Origin: an uncultured archaeon
Lineage (GTDB): Archaea; Thermoplasmatota; Penumbrarchaeia; JASLWR01
Reading direction: 5' to 3'
NCBI GenBank assembly: GCA_964342815.1
Contig: CAYFHS010000012.1
Location: 42,421-106,420, forward strand
DNA length: 64,000 nucleotides
The position numbers and the translations under genes are program-made. A model generated the notes under the pieces. That model saw nothing but the letters and a program-made list of their open reading frames with translations. It searched no databases and was not told the DNA's origin. Of this stretch, positions 25,725-33,929 are shown piece by piece (the first letter of the stretch is position 1; every line of letters begins with the position of its first letter).

Positions 25725-26812
25725 TGAAAGGCCTCACACATTACATCGTAGGGGTCGCCGTGGCGACATTCTTCATTGACGCAGTCCAGATGACGCTTAT
25801 CGACAAGTCCTGGATAATACTTCTGGGCGGTATCTTCGGAATACTTCCCGATTTCATGGATTTCCGCTTCGCAAGATACTTGATAGTACACGATTACGAA
25901 GTTACACCCGGTCACAAGGAGCTGAATCCGCGCGTTGTGGCCGATACCATAGTAAAGGCCATCGACGAAGCGGCCCAGACCGGGAAATCCGTAAAGATAA
26001 AACTTCACTCCATGAAGGTAACCCAGGACCTCTGGAGGCAGTATTCCGTCCAGTTCGATACGGACCGTAAGGAAGTTATTGCAAGGATCGGACCTCTCGT
26101 GACCACTGGTCAGACAGAACAACCGGACACGGCACCAAAGGGAGACAAGGCAATGGCGGTTGCGAAGTACAAGAGCGACATCAACCACACTTACCACCTG
26201 GCAACTAACATAGATATCTGGCACGGGAACGATTACGAGTTCGTCCCCGAGGGCGATAAGGTTCGAGTGGATTTCATACCATGGCACAGAAAGATATGGC
26301 ATTCTCTCACAGCCGCTTTCCTCTTCGCCCCAATAGGACTGCTTCTATATGGTCTGGATTACGAGGGAATTCTAGCCGCCATAATAATAATCGTGGCATT
26401 CTGGTCCCATGTTCTCGCGGACCAGATGGGTAATCTCGGATCGAACTTGATCTATCCATTCACTAAAAAGAGGTCAAGGGGTTTGAAGCTCACCAGCGCA
26501 GCGGACCCATTTTCAAATATCTCTTTCGTTTGGGGTGCCATCGCGATAATCATCTTCAATTTCAACGCGTTCAATTTCACCCATACCTTCATGATGTGGG
26601 GGATCGACGATTATCATGGTCTGAATTACTTCATAGGATTTGGGGAGTATTTTCTGCTGATTGTGGTGATACCCATGGTCCTTCTGAAACTGGGGATAAC
26701 GTTTTACAAAAAGAAATTCATTACACGGACGGTAAAGGAAGAGCCCTTATCGGATGAGGAAAAGGAGGCCCTTGAGTCACTGGCGGAGATAAGCGACGTG
26801 GTAAGGGGGTAA
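25724..26812 (+). CDS. membrane-bound metal-dependent hydrolase, DUF457/YdjM-like, with a soluble insertion of about 150 aa
   Basis: The GTG start overlaps the upstream TAG (TAGTG). VKGLTHYIVGVAVATFF..., ...GGIFGILPDFMDF..., ...WHSLTAAFLF... and ...FWSHVLADQMGNLGSNLIYPF... match the His/Asp pattern of the YdjM family. The longer track ORF from 25421 overlaps the upstream gene by 300 nt and I rejected it. Confidence 0.65.
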   Translation: MKGLTHYIVGVAVATFFIDAVQMTLIDKSWIILLGGIFGILPDFMDFRFARYLIVHDYEVTPGHKELNPRVVADTIVKAIDEAAQTGKSVKIKLHSMKVTQDLWRQYSVQFDTDRKEVIARIGPLVTTGQTEQPDTAPKGDKAMAVAKYKSDINHTYHLATNIDIWHGNDYEFVPEGDKVRVDFIPWHRKIWHSLTAAFLFAPIGLLLYGLDYEGILAAIIIIVAFWSHVLADQMGNLGSNLIYPFTKKRSRGLKLTSAADPFSNISFVWGAIAIIIFNFNAFNFTHTFMMWGIDDYHGLNYFIGFGEYFLLIVVIPMVLLKLGITFYKKKFITRTVKEEPLSDEEKEALESLAEISDVVRG

Positions 26813-26815
26813 TAA

Positions 26816-29800
26816 ATGAATGCCGAGCCGAATATTATTTATAAAAGGGCCTTTACAGCCATCGTATCCGTCGTTCTGCTGACAAGCGCTTTACTGAGCT
26901 TGCTTCCATTGGCAGGATCATCACCCGATAGAGAAAGCAGATCGGTACTGGAAATAGTTATCAGCGAGGTCGCGCCTCACGGTGGCGGTTTTCAGGGTGA
27001 GGACTGGCTCGAACTTCTTGTGGTCTCGGGCAGCGGGGACATCTCGGATTACGTGGTGACGAGTTTCGACAGCCAGGATGATGACGAGAGCTTCGCGAAT
27101 TCCACAGTTACGGTGAATGAGGGCGAACGCCTCTTGGTACATTACAACGGTAGCTTAGCGGACGAAACGGATATAACGGGAGACACTAACGGGAACGGAT
27201 ACATCGATCTGTACATTGCTTCGTCCGAGCTCTCACGTACTCATGAACAGGCCGCTCTCTATACAGCTTCAGATTATTCCGTTATGGTGGACGCCGTATG
27301 CTGGAGCAAAGGGGATATCACCGCAAGCGAGGCGGCAGATGCCCAGAACCTTGTTGACCTGGGAATGTGGCCCTCGAACTCTGCATCAGACATGGTTTAC
27401 TCGGGTGACATAGACAAAGGGATAAGCATAGCAAGAAAGGAGGGGAGGAATGACACCGACAAGCAAAGTGATTGGTACGTGGAACCGAAAAGTTCTCCAG
27501 GGGCCGAAAACAAATTTTTTAACTTTACTGGAGAGGTGCTAATAACCGGGGTATACCTTTCCGGATCCCCCAAGGCACTTACAATAAAGGTGATCACCGG
27601 AGGTGGTGATGTTTCCTGCCTGTCCGTATCCGATCTCGATCGTGCCCCAATCTTTCTCGCCACCGAACCGGTCAGTCTCACTCAAGGTGATGAGCTTATA
27701 TTATATTTCGGAACGGGAACGAATGAAACAGACTCCATAGGGGATATAAATCAGAACAATCTTTGGGAACTGTTTATCGATCCAAAGATTTCTCCCACAG
27801 GTACCACGGATGCAGTTGCACTCTTCAACGGACTGGACGTAATGGACGCTGTTGCATGGTGTACCGATGGAAAGCTCAGTTCAGGTGAAATATCCGACCT
27901 GGAGTTCCTAATTTCCCAAAACGCATGGGACGGAAATACCAGTGAACACTGTGTGAATATCTCCTTGATGGGCTCACGAAATGAGCTTGTTCGATCAGAA
28001 CTAAACGACACGAATACCAGTGCCGACTGGACCATCAGCGGTGAGATAAACAAAGAGATCGATCTCAAGAAATTCGACCTTGAGACCTTCCGGAACGTGG
28101 ATTCTGTTACATGTGGTGTTTCCCCCGATTCGAGCTTTTGGTTATTGGCCGGGTTAATTGAGAATGCAACGGAAAGTATCCATATCGAGGTTTACCAGTT
28201 CGATAATTTTAAAATCGCTGAGAAAGTATTTGCCGCTCAAGAAAGGGGCGTTGAGGTGAAGGTATTGCTGGAGGGAGCGCCGGTTGCCGGTATACCTGAC
28301 ATGGAAAAATATGTTATGAAAGTAATAACTGATAAGGGAGGGGAGGTCCGTTATATAATCACGGATTCGGATGCTGGTATAAAGGAGAGGTACACAAACG
28401 TTCACTCTAAATTCATGGTTGTTGATGGGGAGAAATCTTTCATTACTTCCGAGAATTTCAGGGATGACGCTATTCCCTACTACGGTACCAAGGGAAACAG
28501 AGGATGGTCGGTTCTCATCGAATCGGTTGAGGTTGCGGAATACTTTGAAGGGGTTTTCTCATATGATTTCACACCCAGCAGCCCAGATACCTTTCCATTT
28601 ACCGAGAACGATCCTGTTTACGGGGGTCCCCCGGATGGCTTCAACCCGTCATCCAGCCCAAAAAGCGGAAAACACGAAAAGGTTTTCCACGAACAAAAAT
28701 TCACGGGTAATATCTATGTAACTCCTATCCTGTGCCCGGACCATACCGGTGATTTGAAGGCCATTTTACCACTTATTGAAAGCGCAAAAGATTATATCTG
28801 GGTAGAGCAACACAGCGTGGGAGTGATATGGGACGACAGTAATAATAAAATTGATAATCAATATTTGGATGCACTTCACCAGGCGGCAAGGCGGGGCGTG
28901 GAGGTGAGGGTTATCCTCGATTCCAAGTTTGAGTTCGATAATAAACATGAGGAGATCGTCAATAATTTAAATGAGCTTGCCAAGACAGAAAGACTAAACA
29001 TGGTAGCAAAGTTATCCTCCAATAAACGAATCGAAGTGGAAAAGGTTCATAATAAAGGAATCATAGTGGACGGTATGAAAGTACTGGTATCGTCTATCAA
29101 CTGGGCCACCAATTCCATCTATAACAACCGCGAGGCCGGGGTCATTATAGAGAACGAAGAGGTTGCCGATTATTATTCAAAGGCATTCCTTCTGGATTGG
29201 GGTGAGAACAATACAGGGGTCATAGAGGGAATCGTCACGAACCCGGATGGCAACTATATCTCAGGGGCCGATGTGAAGATTGAAGGCACGGGCTTCAATA
29301 CGATAACAGAATCGGATGGTAGTTTCATCATAACCGGCGTTCCGGTGGGAACCTATATTTTGAAGGTCACTGCCGTGGGATTCGAAGAGCATTCCCAGGG
29401 TGTCACGGTGGAATTATGGGTGCCAGCCAATGTCACATGCATCATAGGTTCCTGGGGAGCTATTGAGGGAATTGTAAAAGATATCAATGGAAACCCAATG
29501 AAAGGAGCGAAGGTGATAATCGACGATACCGATATAGTCGTTTACACAGACGATAAAGGCCGTTATCTTATAGAGAAAGCCCCGGTTGGCAGTTATTATC
29601 TGAACATAACAATGAAAAAATACCGGAATCTTCTCACCCAGGTTGAAGTGGAGATGGGTAAGATTTATCAGGCAGAGTCGACCATTACTAAGGAAAGCTC
29701 AACCGGGACCGATGGAGAAGATTCCAATAAACCACCCCTTTATCTTCTGGTAATTCTAGGAGTTATCCTTGTGCTGGTATTGGTTATTTTTTCAGCGATT

Positions 29801-29902
29801 GTACTAAACGCAAAAAAAGTAAGCAAATTGGAAAAGGGAAAGAAAGTAACCCGCATCAGCGGAGATCAGCATCCCTTTGACGATAAGATCGAAAAGGAAT
29901 AA
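26816..29902 (+). CDS. secreted, TM-anchored LTD-LTD-PLD(HKD)-PLD(HKD)-CarboxypepD_reg x2 hydrolase (nuclease or phospholipase D superfamily)
   Basis: 1028 aa. Signal-like FTAIVSVVLLTSALLSLLPLAG. Two lamin-tail-like domains (LEIVISEVAP...EDWLELLVVSG... and VLITGVYLSG...). Two HKD motifs, VHSKFMVVDGEKSFITSENF (His codon 28403-28405) and VHNKGIIVDGMKVLVSSINW (His codon 29048-29050). Two units such as GVIEGIVTNPDGNYISGADVKIEG...TYILKV. C-terminal TM plus a basic tail. Confidence 0.85.
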   Translation: MNAEPNIIYKRAFTAIVSVVLLTSALLSLLPLAGSSPDRESRSVLEIVISEVAPHGGGFQGEDWLELLVVSGSGDISDYVVTSFDSQDDDESFANSTVTVNEGERLLVHYNGSLADETDITGDTNGNGYIDLYIASSELSRTHEQAALYTASDYSVMVDAVCWSKGDITASEAADAQNLVDLGMWPSNSASDMVYSGDIDKGISIARKEGRNDTDKQSDWYVEPKSSPGAENKFFNFTGEVLITGVYLSGSPKALTIKVITGGGDVSCLSVSDLDRAPIFLATEPVSLTQGDELILYFGTGTNETDSIGDINQNNLWELFIDPKISPTGTTDAVALFNGLDVMDAVAWCTDGKLSSGEISDLEFLISQNAWDGNTSEHCVNISLMGSRNELVRSELNDTNTSADWTISGEINKEIDLKKFDLETFRNVDSVTCGVSPDSSFWLLAGLIENATESIHIEVYQFDNFKIAEKVFAAQERGVEVKVLLEGAPVAGIPDMEKYVMKVITDKGGEVRYIITDSDAGIKERYTNVHSKFMVVDGEKSFITSENFRDDAIPYYGTKGNRGWSVLIESVEVAEYFEGVFSYDFTPSSPDTFPFTENDPVYGGPPDGFNPSSSPKSGKHEKVFHEQKFTGNIYVTPILCPDHTGDLKAILPLIESAKDYIWVEQHSVGVIWDDSNNKIDNQYLDALHQAARRGVEVRVILDSKFEFDNKHEEIVNNLNELAKTERLNMVAKLSSNKRIEVEKVHNKGIIVDGMKVLVSSINWATNSIYNNREAGVIIENEEVADYYSKAFLLDWGENNTGVIEGIVTNPDGNYISGADVKIEGTGFNTITESDGSFIITGVPVGTYILKVTAVGFEEHSQGVTVELWVPANVTCIIGSWGAIEGIVKDINGNPMKGAKVIIDDTDIVVYTDDKGRYLIEKAPVGSYYLNITMKKYRNLLTQVEVEMGKIYQAESTITKESSTGTDGEDSNKPPLYLLVILGVILVLVLVIFSAIVLNAKKVSKLEKGKKVTRISGDQHPFDDKIEKE

Positions 29903-30018
29903 TGATAAGGTAAAAATTAAATTTCACCACTGGATATTTATGATAACAAGAACAATGATAAAATATTAATCGTAAGAAATCCCTTTGCCTAATATTAGAT
30001 CGTTCCGCGGGTGTAAAA

Positions 30019-31218
30019 ATGAGCTTGAAAATTATCCATTCTCCAAAGCCGATACTATTCGCAATTATTGCAGTAATAATCATTTTCCTACCAATTTTTT
30101 CTGTTACACAACCAGCAAGATCACAAGCCGTGGCCACCGGGACCGCGCTGCGGGAAGTTAACCTGAGGATGAATGCAAACGGACTTACGCCCATCACTCC
30201 TCCGGAAGACGAGACGACAAGAAAAAGATCGACGCCAAGTGGACTAATGCCTTTCCCGGTCCCTGGAATATCTCTTATAAACCCGAATTTTCAGAAAGTG
30301 GGAACGTGGGAGCTGGATAATATCGCGGATGTTATTTCTATTCAGCAGCCGGTGAAATTCATAATATGGTTGTCCACATCCAGTGCCACAAGCGGGGATA
30401 TAAAGTTCACCCTGAAATACGGTACTGTAGTTGTGGCCGGACCAACCGTGCTCGATGCCAACAATATCGATACCTCAGCAAAGCGGTACGAGGTTTCCTC
30501 ACATGCGAACCTCACCACCACGGATAGCGGAAAACCGTTGGGATTAGAGATTGAGTCCAAAATAAACGGGGACGGGGTTATGATCCATTATGGAGGTTAT
30601 CAAGAGGATTCGGGGGTTAGTTTCATGAGCGATGCGGTGAAATTCAAGTATTTGCATGCAGGACCGAAGGAATTTTGTGTGGAATTCAGCGATGCTTTTC
30701 GGGCTCCCGTAAACGACATCTACCCCATAATCTTCGTAGATGATATGGCTGTGTATGACGAGGATGGAAACGTTCTCGAGCGGACAATATCAGAGAACGG
30801 TAACAATTTATTCAAATGGAAATTGAAGCTCCTTCCGGGAGTACATACCTTTCTCGTGGGGATCGCTTATGCTAAAAACAGGGACATCAACCTTACCTGG
30901 AACACACAGGTGAGTCTCAAGGTCGTATTAGAAGATAATGACCGAAGTTGGTTACAAGGTATGGGTACTGGAGATATTATCGTCATGTTCTTGTTGATGA
31001 TAGGAGTGCTGGTATTTTTCATATCCATTTTCGCGGTTCTATCGTCCCGAAGTTCCGCAAAAAATGTATACGTGCGCAGATCACCAATACCAGATCGGTA
31101 TCGGTTGATCGTAAAAAAGAAGATGGACCGCTTCCATATGAAGCCAAGACCCGCTGTAAGGTCCGCAAGGCAAACCGGGGGAAAGAGGGCTTTTCATAAA
31201 GCGAAAAAAAAGAAGTAA
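30019..31218 (+). CDS. secreted, C-terminally TM-anchored surface protein, function unknown
   Basis: 399 aa. N-terminal anchor/signal ILFAIIAVIIIFLPIFSV, a beta-rich ectodomain, TM IIVMFLLMIGVLVFFISIFAVL, and a long K/R-rich tail ending KAKKKK. Confidence 0.6.
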   Translation: MSLKIIHSPKPILFAIIAVIIIFLPIFSVTQPARSQAVATGTALREVNLRMNANGLTPITPPEDETTRKRSTPSGLMPFPVPGISLINPNFQKVGTWELDNIADVISIQQPVKFIIWLSTSSATSGDIKFTLKYGTVVVAGPTVLDANNIDTSAKRYEVSSHANLTTTDSGKPLGLEIESKINGDGVMIHYGGYQEDSGVSFMSDAVKFKYLHAGPKEFCVEFSDAFRAPVNDIYPIIFVDDMAVYDEDGNVLERTISENGNNLFKWKLKLLPGVHTFLVGIAYAKNRDINLTWNTQVSLKVVLEDNDRSWLQGMGTGDIIVMFLLMIGVLVFFISIFAVLSSRSSAKNVYVRRSPIPDRYRLIVKKKMDRFHMKPRPAVRSARQTGGKRAFHKAKKKK

Positions 31219-31220
31219 AT

Positions 31221-31234
31221 TTTCCTTTTTTTTA
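31221..31234 (+). terminator. oligo-T tract between convergent genes (candidate archaeal terminator)
   Basis: TTTTCCTTTTTTTT lies immediately after the TAA at 31216-31218. Composition and position are the only evidence. Confidence 0.3.
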
Positions 31235-32011
31235 TTTATCCTGGGATTCATTTCCCGTCTTTTTCTGAATAGCTATCGCCTCAAGAAGATCAAGTTCACC
31301 TATGGCCACCCGGGCTGCCAGCGTACGTGATATCGTCACAAATGAGCCGCTTCTTATCCGGCTGATCCTCTGAATATCTTTTAATTCACCCGGGGTGGGA
31401 TTGATATTCATATAACTCTCCACGGGGGAGCCGGGCATAGAAGATATTTCGATAGCAGCATTGATATGAGGATCGTGCTTCAAGCGTGTCGTGCTGGTCT
31501 CATCTGCGATCTCAAGGATAAACTCATTTTTTTTCCTCAGCTCCAAAAGGTCGTTTATGATACGATTCCGGATAGTTACAGCCTGGTGACCCACCTTGAC
31601 CTTTCTATTTTCCGCATCATATGTGTAAAAGACCTTCTCGACGATAACAGAAACCTCTTGGGGTGAATAACATTTGTACTGGTTAATCAACTCACCGTCC
31701 CCAATTACCGCCACACCGGGAGACTTGCCCGGATCCACTCCTATCACCAAATACTTGATCCTAACGCGACCGCGGAGTATCTCAAGGGCCCGATCAACCA
31801 TTCGAGGGATATCACCCTCTGTTTCCACTATGATCTTTCGTGGAAAATCGATCTCTTCCATGCAGGACCGGGTTGTGATAACCACACCAACATTGTAGGG
31901 GATCGGCTCGCCCCCCGCAAGGGATATAAAACTGATATTTTTCCTCTTCAATTCCCTTATCAATCCGTAATACAGTCGAAATTCATCTGTAATAAGGGCC
32001 ATTATCTTCAT
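31232..32011 (-). CDS. RNase H-fold (RuvC/YqgF-like, DUF460-like) putative nuclease with a C-terminal helical DNA-binding-like tail
   Basis: 259 aa. LVIGVDPGKSPGVAVIGDG is a RuvC-type first acidic motif; later come EIADETSTT and HDPHINAAIE. An N-terminal alpha/beta domain of about 85 aa precedes these. Confidence 0.5.
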   Translation of the reverse strand: MKIMALITDEFRLYYGLIRELKRKNISFISLAGGEPIPYNVGVVITTRSCMEEIDFPRKIIVETEGDIPRMVDRALEILRGRVRIKYLVIGVDPGKSPGVAVIGDGELINQYKCYSPQEVSVIVEKVFYTYDAENRKVKVGHQAVTIRNRIINDLLELRKKNEFILEIADETSTTRLKHDPHINAAIEISSMPGSPVESYMNINPTPGELKDIQRISRIRSGSFVTISRTLAARVAIGELDLLEAIAIQKKTGNESQDK

Positions 32012-32053
32012 GGTGCATCCCGGCGGTCAATGGAATCAACTCAAACTTTTACA

Positions 32054-33916
32054 TCACTCACCCCAGTCAACCGCGCCTTCCACGATATAATCCTCGTCAA
32101 AGAACTCCTCCTGGGAACCTACGAAAACGTTGGTCTTTTCCTTTAGCTGAAACGCCCTTCCATCCATGGCCCGCATTCCCCTGGTGGCAAAGGTAAGTCG
32201 GTTCTGCCCGAGGTTCTGGAATCTAAGTTTCATTCTCTCGCTGTGGGAAGCCTGACCCTTTATTTCCGCTATCTTCCTGAAACCTTTCTGGTCCACCACT
32301 CCGGAGACCTTTAACATGATCTCTTTTATATGGGTATTCGAATTGTTCTTAATAGTTATCTCCGCAGGTACCCAATCCTCAACCCTTGAGGCCTCCTCCA
32401 GTAGATTAATATTAACGTCGATATCTATCTCCTTCATCTCCATTTCCCTGAAGAATTGTTCGATCTGACCAACTTCCCTTTTGACATCCATTGCTTTCCC
32501 TTTCTTGTAGGCATTCATAGCCTTCTCCAAATGGTCTGTAATATCCTTTGGAACCATGCAAACCTTTTCGAAGCTCTTCAACTTTTCCTTGAGAGCCTTG
32601 AGTTCGATGCCCCCTTCCCGCTTCTCCTGTTCCTTCCGAGAATGTCTCGCTCGGGCTCTGGATAATGCGGAATATGTGGCCGTGATGTATTCCTGTATCT
32701 TTTTGTAATCTTCCGCGGTCTTTGCTTGTTCCATCTTCTCGATGATCTTCTCCACCAGGTTCTCAGCATCCTCGATATCCACGCCCTTTGAGCGGTCCTG
32801 CTGAAGCTCGCCGTTTAGAGCCATGAGGGCATTTCTAACGTTGGCGTACATATTCTCCATATTGGAGCGCTGCCTCCAATCGATCTCGTCCTTTACAATA
32901 TCCAACTCGACACTGGACTGCCGGGCATATTCCTCGGCCATCTTGAAATCCGATGCCAAGAGCATGCGGTTGGCTTCCCCCAGTATCGATTCAGCTTGGT
33001 AAACGTTCACTCCCAGGTTCTTGGCGAGGTATAACCGGGAAGAAACTCCCTCAACCTTATTCAATGTCTTCTGGTAAGTCTTGACGTGGGATTCGATCAA
33101 GGGTCCAGCTTTTTGTGCGAGATCTATGGCTGTGAAGAAATCTGCATTGTAAACCGCATATTCCGCCTGAGATAGGGTTTCCTGGACGTTGGAAAAGATA
33201 ATATCCGGTTGGAGCGATATCTCGTAATAGGAATCCTGAATCAATTTATTGACGTATTCGGTCTGGGCTACATCTAGTAGTTTCGTAAAATTCTCCATTT
33301 CCTTGTAAGCGTTATTCAGGTCATTTGCCTTGATATGGACGTTTATAATTTCCAGTTTATCAGGCATTTCCGGATTTTCTATCTCAAGTTTTTTGCACTG
33401 CTCATACCTGCGTATCAATTCATCTAGATAGGTCGATATCTGAGAATATCTCTGATATATATCCTCAGTCAGAGTCCATGCCTGACTTGCGTATAACATA
33501 GCTGCCTCATGGTCGTGCAGTTTCATCTTGCTACGCAGTGCTGCCAGCAGCCTCAGGGGTTTTTTCATATCCATACCCAGCTCCGTATATTTCTTGATAT
33601 TAGCGAGGCTCTGTTCAACCGTTGCGATTATTTCCTGGACTTTCAGATCGATATTATGAGCAGTATTCTTTGCCTTATTCAGACGATTTCCCACCGCAAT
33701 GTAGTCCTTCATACCCCTGCAACGCGTGAACTGGCTCTTGGCGGACAACAATTCCTGTTTCGAAGCACTGACGTCCACACCGTCTGCGGCCAAAGACAAG
33801 AGATATGCATCCATCTCGACAAATTCGTTCTCCAGGTACTCCTTGAACTTTTTTGTCTTTGCAAGTATCTCCATAGTTTTCGTAACCTTTGCACGAAATT
33901 CATCGCTCTCATCCAT
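32054..33916 (-). CDS. cytoplasmic helical-repeat protein (paralog of the 66-aa repeat family) with a C-terminal CARDB-like Ig domain
   Basis: 620 aa with no signal peptide or TM. Seven repeats carry the same G-V-D-V ... LL..A ... [DN]-[YF]..A grammar (GVDVSASKQELLSAK, GMDMKKPLRLLAAL, GVNVYQAESILGEA, GVDIEDAENLVEKI) at spacings of 59-78 aa. The C-terminal beta domain reads ...VPAEITIKNNSNTHIKEIMLKVSG... and the protein ends in the acidic EEFFDEDYIVEGAVDWGE. Confidence 0.8.
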   Translation of the reverse strand: MDESDEFRAKVTKTMEILAKTKKFKEYLENEFVEMDAYLLSLAADGVDVSASKQELLSAKSQFTRCRGMKDYIAVGNRLNKAKNTAHNIDLKVQEIIATVEQSLANIKKYTELGMDMKKPLRLLAALRSKMKLHDHEAAMLYASQAWTLTEDIYQRYSQISTYLDELIRRYEQCKKLEIENPEMPDKLEIINVHIKANDLNNAYKEMENFTKLLDVAQTEYVNKLIQDSYYEISLQPDIIFSNVQETLSQAEYAVYNADFFTAIDLAQKAGPLIESHVKTYQKTLNKVEGVSSRLYLAKNLGVNVYQAESILGEANRMLLASDFKMAEEYARQSSVELDIVKDEIDWRQRSNMENMYANVRNALMALNGELQQDRSKGVDIEDAENLVEKIIEKMEQAKTAEDYKKIQEYITATYSALSRARARHSRKEQEKREGGIELKALKEKLKSFEKVCMVPKDITDHLEKAMNAYKKGKAMDVKREVGQIEQFFREMEMKEIDIDVNINLLEEASRVEDWVPAEITIKNNSNTHIKEIMLKVSGVVDQKGFRKIAEIKGQASHSERMKLRFQNLGQNRLTFATRGMRAMDGRAFQLKEKTNVFVGSQEEFFDEDYIVEGAVDWGE

Positions 33917-33929
33917 AAAAAAGCTCCCT

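Noticed and set aside
25400-26302. A 300-aa minus-strand ORF.
   Set aside because: It is antisense to two well-supported plus-strand genes, has no recognisable motifs, and has a Cys/Arg/Val-rich shadow-frame composition.
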